A stretch of DNA of 64,000 bases from Amoebidium appalachense (taxonomy: Eukaryota > Protista > Ichthyosporea), in assembly GCA_963693365.1 (NCBI GenBank), contig CAVNZM010000003.1:15173143-15237142 (forward strand), in the 5' to 3' direction. The notes under the pieces are model-generated. The model did not search any database, was not told the DNA's origin, and saw nothing but the letters and a program-made list of their open reading frames with translations. Shown here one piece after another: positions 1 to 29,621 of this stretch (the first letter of the stretch is position 1; each line of letters begins with the position of its first letter). A program made the position numbers and the translations under genes.

Positions 1-68
1 GCTGGAGGGGGGGGGGGGGGGGAATGTAGAATGGATGGATGGTGGGGTGGGTGGGTGTTGTGTGGCGT

Positions 69-116
<48 letters not shown>

Positions 117-331
117 GGGGGGGGGGGGGCTAATTGGGTACAGCGTTGTTAGTATTTCTTTTTTGTTTCGGAAGGGGTGGGGGGGAAGAGGGGGAGAGAG
201 CGACAGAGAGAGCGAGATGAGAAAGAGATTGAAAAGGGATGTAGGAGAACGATGACTGAGGTTCATAAGTGAGAACATTCAATTATTATGTGACTAGTTA
301 ACCAAGCCATCCACACCTCTACTGTGTGCAG

Positions 332-17350
<17,019 letters not shown>

Positions 17351-18084
17351 AAAATACCGGGAAATAGTTAGTGTGGGTGAGTGATGGTTAGAGTTCTGGG
17401 TTGATTACGTTGTCACACGAAGATGCCATATGGCATGTTTACAATTTGTACATCTGCACCATCGGATATACACCAATCATTTGTGTGGTGATTCACTGCC
17501 ATGCCACACCCAGACATGCACACACACACCGTGCGCGCACACACAGTGGTTGTGCATGGACCATTTCCGGATGACTTCTTAAGATACTATCGTATTATGT
17601 ACTTGGGTTTACCGTATTGCGTGTGTGTGGTGTGGAACAGAGAGAATGGCACAAAGACAGATTCAGTAGTGATTCCCATGTCTATCAAAATGTATAGTTT
17701 ATATCGTACATACATACATACATACACATCATCTAGAGCCGTGATCGTGATTCAAGCTTCCGCTGTTTGGTATACACACAAATAATAAATGATGAACAAT
17801 TATGGTGCTCCTTTTGCATCTCGAGTTAATGAATCTGAGTGGAGGGAAGGAACTACTAGCACTACATCGCGTACATGTCAACAAATTTGCTCACTTCACT
17901 ACAATAGATTTTGGCACACTTGGTCAAGAAGTGGCGCCGTGAATTTGGCCCACAGATGCGTGCACACACCAGCACAGCCCAGGGATATGCGCGTGCACTG
18001 CACACACACACACACACACACACTCCCTCTCAGAGGCTCCCTCTCTCTCTCTCTCTCTCTCTCCCCCCCCCCCCCCCCTCTCTC

Positions 18085-18128
<44 letters not shown>

Positions 18129-18459
18129 CCTCTCTATCTCTCTCCTTTCTCTCTCTCCCTCTCTACCTCTCTCCCTCTTTCCCCCCCCGATCCCCCCCCC
18201 CCCCCCCCCCCTCTCTCTCTCTCGAGCTCATCTCTACTATCTCTCTCTCTCTCTCCCCCCCGGACACCCCCCCCCCCCCCCCCCCCCCTCTCTCTTCATC
18301 TCTATCTCTCTCTCACTCCCCTGATCCTCCCCCCCCCTCCCCCCTCTCTATCTCTCTCGTGTGCGCGCGCGTGATGGGTAATAGACTTACAGCGTGACAA
18401 GTAATTCGGCACACACACAGACACGTGTACACACACACACACACACACACACACACCGA

Positions 18460-18494
<35 letters not shown>

Positions 18495-18895
18495 AGAGAC
18501 AGAAGGGCAAACTAGCAGACTCAGCAAGCTAGGCAGTGCATTAAATGGCCTGCAGTTACTGCCTATGCATATGATAACAACGTCACATGCTATAATCGGG
18601 TTGATGCACGCGCAGACTCGGGCTCGGGGCACGGGCACATGCACCATCATATGGTGCACGTATAGCTACAGTTCCGGCTTTCCGGATCCGAGCCTCAGCG
18701 GCCCGATTTATGTTATATGAGATCGATTGTTTCTGATATTAGCAGCGAGACTCGTGTGTAGAAAAAGAAAAAGAGAGAGTGTGGGAAAATGTATGATCTG
18801 AAAAGGTACTACCCACTGGAAAAACCTACCATGTACATATGCCTTTTGGTGGCGCAATAATTTTGCCACGATCGGTTTGGTGCGCAGGCTCATGA

Positions 18896-21800
18896 GCACT
18901 AGTCACTTTGAGTGCTGTCTCCCTGCGGCTCTCTAACATACCTTGTATGTTGCCGGAGCTCTTCTGCGAACTGTTCGCGCTGGCGGAAGGTCGTGCATAC
19001 GACCCCGTAAGCGACAAGTGGGAACCAACCCCACAGGTGTCGGACCAAACCGATGCCTAATTTATCCTTCTTCTTCTGGAATGCTCGGACACTGGGCCCC
19101 CAAAAGGGCCTCCCCCCCGGGACACTCGACGATAAAATCAGCTACATACAACAACAGACAAACAACCACACGTTTACAGTGATTTGCGAAACACAGTTTA
19201 AAAACCACCACAAATTCAACTCTACATTGGTCGACACATCCACACACCCCGGTTACGCGAAAAACCGAGGCATTATTGTACTTGCCGCACCACACGTGAG
19301 AGTGAAGTGCAAACCGGTAGCAAAAACGGAATTCTCGGTTTCTATAGAGTTTCTTTCTAATGTTTTTACTTTTGTATATTACCCACCATCTATGTCGGTT
19401 GTCGAATTGACTCACGAGTTGTCACAGTTACCAATGTCCACTGTTATTTTAGGTGATTTTAACACGCGACTCCACCACACAGACACACTGCAAGTGAGTG
19501 TCGGGTACCCATCTAAGCCCCCGGAGCGTGCTATCCCTTTAGCAAGGTATGTCCAAAGTCACACTTTGCGGTTCCCTCAAATATCCCATGCCCACAACAC
19601 CGACTGGGGAGTGGCCTTTTGGCCATCAACCATGTCAAAACTCTCTCTCCCTCCTAACCTCTCTAGGTCATCTGACCACTCTCCTATCCTTTTCCTACCT
19701 AAGATCTCCCTTGATCTGCTCCCCCCTCCCCCTCCCACCTTTCGCCTCCGTCTATCCCAGCTTAAGTCACAGTGGGGTAGAGTTGATGTATGTGTATGCT
19801 ATGCTACGAAACACCCTATATATATGCGCCTATTAGAATCTGCACAAGCCAGGCCAGATTCACATCTCGTACTAGATACATGCACTAACTTTATTGTTGA
19901 TGATTTGATAGATCTCGGTGATTATGCTGGCGGTGGTAGGAAGGAATATCCCGATGCTCTCTTGTTACCAAACACCACTCCCGCTAGACTAGGTGAACCC
20001 CTGTCTCAAGAGGAAAGCTTGCGCCGGCTTGCTAGTATGAATCGATTTGGCCCCCCTGCTCGTATTATTGGTGATACCACTGGAGACCCCCTCATAGACT
20101 CTGATAAGTATTTCTCGGAACTGTTTAAAGATAGGACCCCCGCTCAGAAACCTATTGTGTGGCCTGTAGACCCATCTATCCCCATAGAATCGATCCTCCC
20201 CTTTTTCAGTCCCGATGCCATATGGTCTGTGATATCTAGTTATAGCTCTAGTAAGTCTTGTGGACCTGATGGACTCCCTGCTGGGTTTCTTAAAATCCTT
20301 GTTCCCCCCTACCCACAAAAGGAAAGTGATCGTGCTATTAAACCTGATCTTACTATCATGTTAAGCTCTCTCTTTTCTTGGTGTGTTAAATGTGGACATG
20401 TCCCGTCATCTTGGTTAGATACCTTAGTGATCCCCATAGTTAAGAAGGACTCTGAGGGCCCCATATCATCCTTTCGCCCCATTACACTAACCCAGGTTGT
20501 TCGTAGATTCTTTGAAGCTTGCTTACTTAGGTTATTTGCACATCACCCTAGGTTTCAATCTATTCTTCACATACACCCATGCCAATCCGCTTTTCGTAAA
20601 AACAATTCATGTTATGTTCAAATAATGGCACTGCACGATTCTATGCAAGTTGGTGCACAATATGTTGGCTTTATTGATTGGAAAACTGCTTACGATTCTG
20701 TCTCCCCTGGTCTCCTATGGGAAAAGCTTGCTGCACGGGGTGTACCACACTGCATTGGTGTTCTGTTAGAAGCACTCTTGTCTCAAACCTATGGTAGAGC
20801 TGTGGTTAATGGGCATCTTTCATCTGGTTTTGCTCGTACTAGAGGTCTCTTGCAGGGTTCATTGCTTAGCCCCTTTTTGTTTAACCTATTTATAGATGAT
20901 TTGGCTGTCAAGATTTACGCCGAAAACGATGACCCTATTAATAACTTTCCGCCTGCACTTCTCTATGCTGATGATCTGTCCCTCCTTGCCCGTACCCCTA
21001 GACGCCTGCAAAGATTGTTCGATGTAGTGTCAGAGTGGTGCAAGGCAAACCTTATGATCCTTAACATAGACAAATGTGGTGTTCTTGTACCTGATATAGC
21101 TAACAATTTACACACATTTACATTATCATCTAAACCTGTACCTATAGTTCCAGAATACAAATATCTTGGTGTTCCGGTTGATTCTGTTGGTGTTATGTTT
21201 CCCCATATGGTCGAAAAGAGGGTAGAGTTGGCTCGTAAGCGGTTAGCTTTCTTCTCGGCTAATATTTTTAAAGACACACCCCTCCATCCTTCTATTAGAC
21301 TTACATTTATTCGCACTTTTGTCTTCCCGGCATGTGAACATGGTTTACCCCTTCTCGCCGCTTGGATCAAGAAAGAGAGAACTAGAGCGCTTAAACCCTT
21401 GGCAAATTTCCTTGAAGCAGAAGTTGCCTCCTTTCTATCTAACAACTGTTGTAAACCTGGGCCTGTAACGCTCTCGATATATGGTCTGGTCCCAATAGCT
21501 GCTAGAGTATCCTATCTCGCGCTGAAATTCAATAAGCACATAAGCCGCTTAAAGAAGTATTTGCCCTCCCACCCTCTCTTCTCTATCCGACCTGTCCCCT
21601 CCTCACCTCTCCCCTCTCTCCTCCCCTCTCTCTCCCCTTCTCCCCTGGGCACAAATACAAATAAACCTCGCAATAGTGTGTGTGTCACTTTGGACTGCCA
21701 CTTACTTATTAAACATGTACACAATCACAAGATAATCACGCAATATAACAAATGGAAAAAGATACCACACGACACTAGACCCGATGAAAGCATACACCTT

Positions 21801-22267
21801 GAAAAACTAAGCCTTATGTCTCGCTTTATATATACTGACCGCCTCAACCATATTGCCAAATATGGCACTCGCAAGTGTATAACACCTAAATACATATTAC
21901 CTTCCTGTAGAACTGGTCTTTCTCTAGCTGATGGTATTATTGATCAATTACCACGATTTTACTGTACACGTGCTATACAGTGGAGATCTAATAAGTATAA
22001 GGTGGCATCATTTGCATGCCCAAACAACACACACACACACCAGTTTAACTGGTCATGTATCGCCAAATGTAGTTTGATAGACCACATAATACCGCAACAC
22101 ACACACGTCACATTCACAACAGACACCCAGAAAGATAGCCTACCTGTAAATTACAACATCCTTGATTTTATACTAAACACGCGTAACTACGACCTGTTTA
22201 TTAGATGTATTGATTGGCTTGAGAAACACATCACTACAAAATTATAGCGCACGCGCACACACACACA

Positions 22268-22312
<45 letters not shown>

Positions 22313-22344
22313 CCAGCTGATACCGAGTGTCCCGAGGGGAGCCC

Positions 22345-22384
<40 letters not shown>
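18896..22384 (+). mobile_element. Non-LTR (LINE-like) retrotransposon with (CA)n 3' UTR and poly(A) tail
   Basis: APE-RT ORF, short 3' UTR, A-run 22349-22384. The 5' boundary is uncertain and no TSD was identified. Confidence 0.85.
19053..22247 (+). CDS. Non-LTR retrotransposon ORF: APE endonuclease + reverse transcriptase (1064 aa)
   Basis: APE motifs FWNARTL, ICETQ, YYPP, LGDFN, SDHSPI. RT motifs SCGPDGLP, FRPITL, QSAFR, FIDWKTAYDSV, GLLQGSLLSPFLFNLFIDDL, YADD, YKYLG. Cys/His cluster near the C-terminus. Uninterrupted frame. Confidence 0.96.
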   Translation: MPNLSFFFWNARTLGPQKGLPPGTLDDKISYIQQQTNNHTFTVICETQFKNHHKFNSTLVDTSTHPGYAKNRGIIVLAAPHVRVKCKPVAKTEFSVSIEFLSNVFTFVYYPPSMSVVELTHELSQLPMSTVILGDFNTRLHHTDTLQVSVGYPSKPPERAIPLARYVQSHTLRFPQISHAHNTDWGVAFWPSTMSKLSLPPNLSRSSDHSPILFLPKISLDLLPPPPPTFRLRLSQLKSQWGRVDVCVCYATKHPIYMRLLESAQARPDSHLVLDTCTNFIVDDLIDLGDYAGGGRKEYPDALLLPNTTPARLGEPLSQEESLRRLASMNRFGPPARIIGDTTGDPLIDSDKYFSELFKDRTPAQKPIVWPVDPSIPIESILPFFSPDAIWSVISSYSSSKSCGPDGLPAGFLKILVPPYPQKESDRAIKPDLTIMLSSLFSWCVKCGHVPSSWLDTLVIPIVKKDSEGPISSFRPITLTQVVRRFFEACLLRLFAHHPRFQSILHIHPCQSAFRKNNSCYVQIMALHDSMQVGAQYVGFIDWKTAYDSVSPGLLWEKLAARGVPHCIGVLLEALLSQTYGRAVVNGHLSSGFARTRGLLQGSLLSPFLFNLFIDDLAVKIYAENDDPINNFPPALLYADDLSLLARTPRRLQRLFDVVSEWCKANLMILNIDKCGVLVPDIANNLHTFTLSSKPVPIVPEYKYLGVPVDSVGVMFPHMVEKRVELARKRLAFFSANIFKDTPLHPSIRLTFIRTFVFPACEHGLPLLAAWIKKERTRALKPLANFLEAEVASFLSNNCCKPGPVTLSIYGLVPIAARVSYLALKFNKHISRLKKYLPSHPLFSIRPVPSSPLPSLLPSLSPSPLGTNTNKPRNSVCVTLDCHLLIKHVHNHKIITQYNKWKKIPHDTRPDESIHLEKLSLMSRFIYTDRLNHIAKYGTRKCITPKYILPSCRTGLSLADGIIDQLPRFYCTRAIQWRSNKYKVASFACPNNTHTHQFNWSCIAKCSLIDHIIPQHTHVTFTTDTQKDSLPVNYNILDFILNTRNYDLFIRCIDWLEKHITTKL

Positions 22385-22385
<1 letters not shown>

Positions 22386-23336
22386 GGGGAACCCCAACTA
22401 ATTGATTTCTCCTTGTAGTCTTTATGGTGTCTCGTAGAGAAAGTAAACCCTGATATATAGTCACCACCCGACATCTATGTACGTGATCATGATATACCGC
22501 TGAGGGGATATTCCGAGCAAACCCCCCCCCCCCCTACCTGAGACTGGTTCTCTTTGCCTCGAGTAAACAGCGTAAACCCCACAGTCATTAGACAAAGTTG
22601 GATCGCACGTAATCGGATCGAGATTTAGGAGCAATGGTTGGTTGAAAATCACGCTAATTACTCAATATGAATTGGGGTTTCAAAGGCTTTTGGCGGGAAT
22701 CCCGGGATCAGATATGATTGGGTTTGGATGTCTCGATCTCTGAGCGAAGCAAAAACGCCCAACAGTGAACAAGGCGGCCCTTTTCAGTCTACATAAGAAC
22801 ACAAGCCTGGCGCATGGCAACAACGTTGGCCACGTAACTTGGAGTTAGGCATGTTTGAATGTCGGAGAATCGAATATAGCGCAATAAACAGCTGGCTTTA
22901 TTGTGCGCGGCTTGTTTGTGCTTCCACTCGAATTCAATATTCCTTTCCGCGGCCTCCCCACTTCTTTTTCATATGACATTTTTCAACTTCTCAAATGCAC
23001 AACTTGAATCACATGGTGACTGACTGACTTTAGTGTATTTAAGCCAAGAATCTTAGGGGATGCAAAGAGATGCCTTGCAGATCATGGCAAAACACGTTAG
23101 TTAGATTTTAATCCTGTGCACATATTTGATACGAAAGATGGAACACAGAGATGTGAGGGCAGTGCTCGCCGTACGTTTCACCTTGACCTTGTTTGTGCCA
23201 ATAATAAACTTTGAATAAGTCTTAGAATTATGTGCACACCTGAAATCTCCATCCAGATCTATATGGCGTACACAACACCTCCCCCCTTCCCCCTCCCCTC
23301 CCCGCGCCCCCCCCCCCCCCCCCCCCCCCGCCCTCA

Positions 23337-23388
<52 letters not shown>

Positions 23389-23399
23389 ACCACATTCAC

Positions 23400-24742
23400 C
23401 AAAATACAAATGCACACACACACACACTCCATCGATCCACCCAGCAAGACGATGCAATGGCCGTATCATCACGTATGCGAGAGAGGCCGTCGACGGCTCT
23501 GCACGCGGGGCAGCTGTCGAGGGATCTGGACGAGGAAGGGAGAGGGCGGTGCGAGAGGCGCGGGAGGGGGGAGGGGAGGAGGGGAGGAGGGAGGGGGGGG
23601 GGGGGGGGTTGTTGTTGCAAGCACCAAGAGCATGATACCGGTGACACAGCATGCACACGGTCTGTGTGGAATGGGGGAACCCTAAGGGGGGGGGGGGGGG
23701 GGGGGGGGGGCAGCGCATGCCAGCATGGATCTCTCATTTCTCTTGTATGCGCACGCACCAGGCTATATCATGATTTATCCGTTTCCCGCTAACAGCACCA
23801 TCCAAATGGCTTATTTACAAAATGTTCCAAATTCGATGCCAAGCAATTGCTCGTGAAGCATCATTGCCTATTATATGGCTGCCAATATCATTCGCCCGCC
23901 ATGTGTGAGCAATGGCTCTGGGCTTATCCCCGACCGTTTCATTCATGCTGTACACTGCAACGACCTAGTCACACAGAGCGCACCCACTTGCGGCATTCCT
24001 TTGCTATGATACAACTATATCTATCTACGAATATGCAAAAACATTTGCTTGCTTACATATATTTACAATACGATACCTTCTACGTATACGGTTGCATACA
24101 TGCTGCCCGGGCAAGAACTCGTTGTGACTTGGCTGGAGACCGTGTATTGTTGCCAGTTAATTGTGCGTTGGTCCTGCACATCAGATGCCCGGTTTAGTTA
24201 TCTGGAGGAAGGTGCGTGCCTTGTAAGGGCCGGTGTGTGTGCATATGTTTTTGTGTGTAAGCATGCGTGTGCGCATGTACCTGTCTGCGTGTGTGTGCGC
24301 GCTCGTGTGCAACAATGTGTATGTGTGTGTGCGCAGGTGTGTGCCACCGTGTGTGTGTGCGCGCGCGTGTTGTGGGTATGTGTGTGTGTGTGCGTGTGGG
24401 TGGATGGGTAGGTGTGGGCGGGTGGGTGGATGGGCTGTGGGTGGTTGGGGATCGGGTTGGTGGGTAGGTGAGGGGGTGGATGGAGGCAGTAGGGGATAGA
24501 AGAGTGTTCACGATGGGTGGGTGTTTGGGGGGGGGGGGGGGGGGGGGGGGGGGAGTGGGGTGTTTGGGGAGGGGGGAGGGGGGGGGGGGGGAGGGTTAGA
24601 AGAGTGTCTCGTTAAGTGAGCGGGGTGTGTGTCGTGTGTGTGTGTGTGTGTTGGAGAGGGGGGGGGGGGGGGGGGGGGGGGGGTCATAATTAGCACGGGC
24701 TTTATTGCAAAGAAGTGGGGGGGGGGGGGGGGGGTGGGAGGG

Positions 24743-24781
<39 letters not shown>

Positions 24782-25839
24782 TGGACGTGAAAGATTGGGT
24801 AGGGACTCATGGTTGGGTGGTTTTGGGGAACGGGTTGACGGGCAGCTGTGGAAGTTAGGTGGTAGTGGTGTGTTTTGTTTTGTTTTTTTTTGGGGGGGGG
24901 GGAGTGGAAGAACGTCCTCGATGTGTGTGTGTGTGTGTGTGGATGGGGGGGGGCAGAGAATATGGGGGGGGGTAGAGAATATGGGGGGGGGGGGGGGGGG
25001 GTTCCGGGTAGGTTGGTGGTTGGGGGAACGGGCTGGTGGGTAGGTGGGGTGGGTGGGGTGGGGGAAGGGGGGAAAGAAGAGTGTCTCGATGGGTGGGTGG
25101 GTGGGGGTGTGGGGTGTGTGTGTGTGTTGGGGGGGGGGGGGGGGGGGGGGTCCGGAGAAGGAAACCGGGATGCAATGGGGTGGGGGTGGGGGAGGGGAAG
25201 AATGGGTGGGGAAATCGGACACCCGTGTGGAGGTCGGTGGATGGAGGGGGGAGGGGGGAGGGGGGTTGAACCGGGGTGGGATATTGGGTGGGTGGATGGG
25301 GGTTCTATTGCATTACAGAGTAGGAAGTACACATTCACAACCGACAACACAATGCAGATTGGAAACCACAAAGAAAGAGTATTCAAGATACGCAGAGCCC
25401 ATCCTCAGGGAGGGCCCAAGTCACACACAGTACCCCGGAGTTTCGACCGATCCACCCCGTGCGCGTGGGGGTACAACATGTGGTGGTGTATTGTGTGTGT
25501 AGGTGGTGAGGGGAACGGGTGGCTAAGTGGGAAGATGGGTGGGGGGGGGTGGGGGGCGTGGGGGGGGGGGAGGGGGGGGGGGGGGGAAGGGGAGAGGGGG
25601 GGGGGGGAGGGGGGTAGACTTGGGTGGGAGAACGGGTGGGTGGGTGGTGGAGGGACCGGGCTGATGGGTAGGTGGGTGGTTGAGTGGAGGGTGAAGAGGT
25701 GTGTGCATGTGTGTGTGTGTGTGTGTTTGTGCGTGTGTGTATGTGTGTGAGAGGGTGTGTGTGGGTGTCTGTGTGTGTGGCAGGGGGGAGGGGGGTAGGA
25801 GGGTGTTTCGATAGTGGGTGGGTGGGTGGGTGGGGGCCG

Positions 25840-25876
<37 letters not shown>

Positions 25877-26176
25877 CGGGTTGAAAATTGGTGGGGGAAT
25901 GAGTGGGAGGGTGTGGGAATCGCTTGGTGTTTGAGAGCATGGGTAGGTGGACCAAAGGAGTAATACTTTGGAAGGTGGAATATGTGGTCGAGTAGGGAAG
26001 TAGCTTGGGATGTGAGTGTGGGGCGGGTGGACGGGCGGGTGGGGTGGGGGCCAAAAGGGGAAGAATGGTGGGTAAAGGGTGGGTTGAGGGGTTGCGAAGT
26101 GTGTCAACGGTTTATGTGCATCTCCTAAGCTTATAATGGTTAAGAACTGATGGGTTTGGGGCGTGAGATGGGGGGG

Positions 26177-26208
<32 letters not shown>

Positions 26209-27370
26209 AAGGTATGTGTGTGTGTGTATGGGGTGGGGACAGGGGAAGAAGGAGGATCATTTACTTTGCCTCTGGCTAGCGTCGCTCCGAAGCCATCGAA
26301 GTATAAGCCATCCAAGCAACTTGGATGGCCTGCCTCCGTCAATGTGCTGATGTGCTGATTCGCTCAAGTAAACACCTGAGGGACAGCCAGATTTGGGAAC
26401 CCAAGTTTAAATTTACAACACAGCAGGGTAGTGGTAGGGCGGGGGCAGCAGTAGTTGGCGGCATTTGTGCGTGTTAATAGTGTGTGTGTGTGTCCGGTGG
26501 TGGTGGTTGTGATCAAGAGGGGGGTGAGGGGGTCGGGGGGGGGGGGGAGGGGAAGGGGTACTGGGACGGCAGCAGTGGTAGTTGTGTGTATGTGTATGGT
26601 GGTGGTGGGGGGGGGGGGGGGGGGGAGGGGGGAGGGGGTGAAGGGGGGAGGCTGCCTGTGTGTGTTTGTGTGTTAGTGAAAAGGATGAGGTCATGCATGC
26701 TACAAGCACAATAGTCGTGCAATATACATAAGGAAATGGTTCTAAGCACGGCCACAAGCGTCAGAACAGGCTCGATGTTCTCGTCCTAAATGAGCATCGC
26801 ATGCAACTAGGCCGAAAACCCTGCGAAAAGCCTTGCCGACCTCTCATCTTTCCAAAGGGCTATCATAGTCCCTACTTGACAACTGTAGCAGCGTATTCAA
26901 TCGCGATCAAAAACTCAGGAAACTCCGTGTATACAGCGGAGGCTTGTATTGACGTTCCAGGAGCGTGCAAATTGAAAGCATAAAGCGTACAGGGCCTAGA
27001 AGTGTGGCCTAAGCTCTTCCTCGTTTCCATATTTTCTATGCTTCACCCGAACACCCTCTCAGCTCATGTTTTTGCATGCTCTGTTACCTCTTTTACTCCA
27101 AAGATTCTACTAACAAGCTTTGCCCAGTTCTCTTGCACGCTTACACGGGCTCTGAACTATTATAGGCGGTGGGCTAAGCCAGCGACCATAAAGCTACTAG
27201 CACTCACCAAACAAAAACCAAAAAAAAATACATGGGAGCCATGGGAACCATTTGAACGGGTGACCTTGTCACAGTGCGCTTTTGAGGTTCGTCGCCGGCC
27301 GGCCTGCTGCAGCCTGCGCATGGCCTTACCCACCTCTCCTCTTGTCTTTTTTTGGCAAGTTCGCATAAAG
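23400..27370 (-). other. Probable spliced minus-strand transcription unit, product unknown
   Basis: Low-complexity polarity flips (G/GT-rich on +), the intronic repeat copy is on the - strand, and complex islands with plausible minus-strand splice sites occur near 26265-26375 and 23440-23525. No convincing protein could be assembled. Confidence 0.3.
25316..25448 (-). mobile_element. Intronic structured repeat, minus-strand copy
   Basis: Reverse complement reads ggtcgaaactccggggtactgtgtgtgacttgggccctccctgaggatgggctctgc. Confidence 0.8.
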
Positions 27371-28144
27371 ACCCAGCCTTCCCAAGGTAAAACAAACCAA
27401 ATGATCCGCTCGCCTAGGTGTTTTAAATAACTAAATGATATGCTTGACTTTAAAATTGGAGCTTTCGGATTTGTTAATACGGGTTAAATACAAATTGAAG
27501 TGATTTGATTGGTTAATACGGCTTTATGGACCAGGCATTAGACGTCCCCGCAGCGTAGTAGGGCCGGCCCAGTAAGCCAGCGGGATGGCATAGCCTTGGA
27601 GACTATATGTCATGGGAACCCTGGCTTTGGCCGGACCACAATACTGTTATAACAAACACAATATTTTTTTTCACGTATACTTTATTTCGGCAAACCAAAA
27701 AAACTTGCTTTGTATGGAGTGGCACAATTGTAAGCAGGAAAGTTCTGTCGAACAAAGCGATATATATACGTTTTGCATGGCGGTGTCAGATATGTGAAGA
27801 CCGGTACCAATGCACCCCTGTCCCATAAGTATGTGCACCTATATTTAGGCATTCGTACATTGGACAGGAAACACAAACATCATTCATTCTTGTCATGATA
27901 AGAAAGCAACGTAGAACACAGAACAAGGCCAAATACAGTACTGAAATTAGTTTCATAACTTTTGTTTTGTTTTTTGAAGATAAAGTTAGAAAGAAATCCA
28001 GCCGGGTTGGCGCCATCTCCACACGGGTGCATTCTTGCGAGACGGGGGGCATTCCTAACGATGCCGTCCGATCCAATAAGAGCTGCGCTTTTAGGACAGG
28101 ACCTCAGGTGCGTTTTCAACCAATAATATTCATTGACGCTTCGA

Positions 28145-28563
28145 CAGGAATGTGCCGGGTCGGGCTGCCCCGACCCGGGATTGATCGGTAAACAGGTCGA
28201 GCAGTTTACCGAGCTCATTTTGGAGATACCTGCGTCCTAAAAATACCCGACCAGGCCGGCCCGAGACGGACCCGGCCCGAGGTCCAAAACCGGCAGTAGG
28301 GGGAAGTAAACACTGAAATAGAGTTGTGCATCATGATTTTCGGTGTGTTCAACAGTGGTCTGAAAATCAAAATTCTCACACCGTTACAAACGACTCCACC
28401 TTCTAAGCACAAAATTCTGAAGTCTCTACAAAAATATTAATACAGCACAAAAACACAATGTATTGCATATGCGCATATATATACGTGTATGTATACGTAT
28501 TCGTGCATATGTGCATGCCGCGCAAAACCTTTAAGCGTGCACACCATTGCGCCAGCATGCAAG

Positions 28564-28659
<96 letters not shown>

Positions 28660-28734
28660 GCACCGTGACACACACACACATGTACACACCGTGACATTAC
28701 ATTGTACACACGCACCCACACAAGCACACACACA

Positions 28735-28779
<45 letters not shown>

Positions 28780-29075
28780 ACACACACACATAAACGTCTG
28801 ATACACACATAAACGTACACACAACAAACACGCACAGGTGCACACACATTCACGGTATACAAAGTCCTTGACACGTACAGGCACACACAACGCGAGAACT
28901 CCCGAGGTTTTTCAATGATGCCGCGGCCGGGTCAGCCCGGCGACCGACCCGATCCAGGACTTGCCTGACCGATGACCGACCGGCCTTGGCTAAAATTTTC
29001 ATGACCGACCGAGCACGACCCGACATGTTTCGAAACCCGACCGACCCGACCCGTGAGACTTTTGACACATCCCTG
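28145..29075. mobile_element. Non-autonomous hAT-like element
   Basis: Imperfect TIRs caggaatgtgcc and gacacatccctg (CAGGGATG-type). Both ends carry dense ccgacccg/cgggtcgg subterminal repeats, with internal (CA)n. The 8-bp TSD is not clean. Confidence 0.55.
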
Positions 29076-29621
29076 CCGTCGAAGGGCCTATGGTGAGCAA
29101 CTAAGCATGCCGCCTCTCGAGGACTGCTTCAACTAAGACTTCCCTCAATTTCATGCGTGTCATTATATTGAGTATATTCAAGCTATAAGTGGCTAAAGGC
29201 AATATAAGACATACAAAGTTCATATTGATATGCCCTTTTTTGCCTCGTTTTTAATACTTATCGTTTCAACCGCGTACATGTAGGTTAAAAGAATTACCCT
29301 GCCGTGGCGCGTCGGGGTTTGAAATTCCAGATTAAAAATGCGGCGGGGCGGCTCGAAACCAACGGTACTGGCCATGGTGGCACTGCACGCACTCTGATCA
29401 TGATACTGTTTTAAGTGAAAAGAGTATTTTTCTATTAGAAACATATATACTTTGAATGATATGCCAGCACAAAAAGTAATATACTAGTTTCAAGTCGTTA
29501 TTGAACAGCACATTCCCCTAGCTCAAGGATGAGACCTGTCTGTTAAAGCCACCCATTCCGAAGACCCAACACCGTTGGTCGAACGTTGTTGATACCGTTT
29601 CTCTTTAAATAACTCTTCAAT

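Noticed and set aside
19020-19034. Target-site duplication for the LINE (gggaacc at 19020 and 22388)
   Set aside because: Only 7 nt match and they are offset from the poly(A) junction.
20963-21445. Antisense ORFs within the RT gene and within 42106-42657
   Set aside because: Shadow frames of real + strand coding sequence with no recognisable motifs.
22311-22384. The LINE as the mobilising partner of the intronic repeat
   Set aside because: The 3' ends share no sequence: the LINE ends in poly(A), the repeat in cattcaaa + poly-C. A partnership is unsupported, though not excluded.
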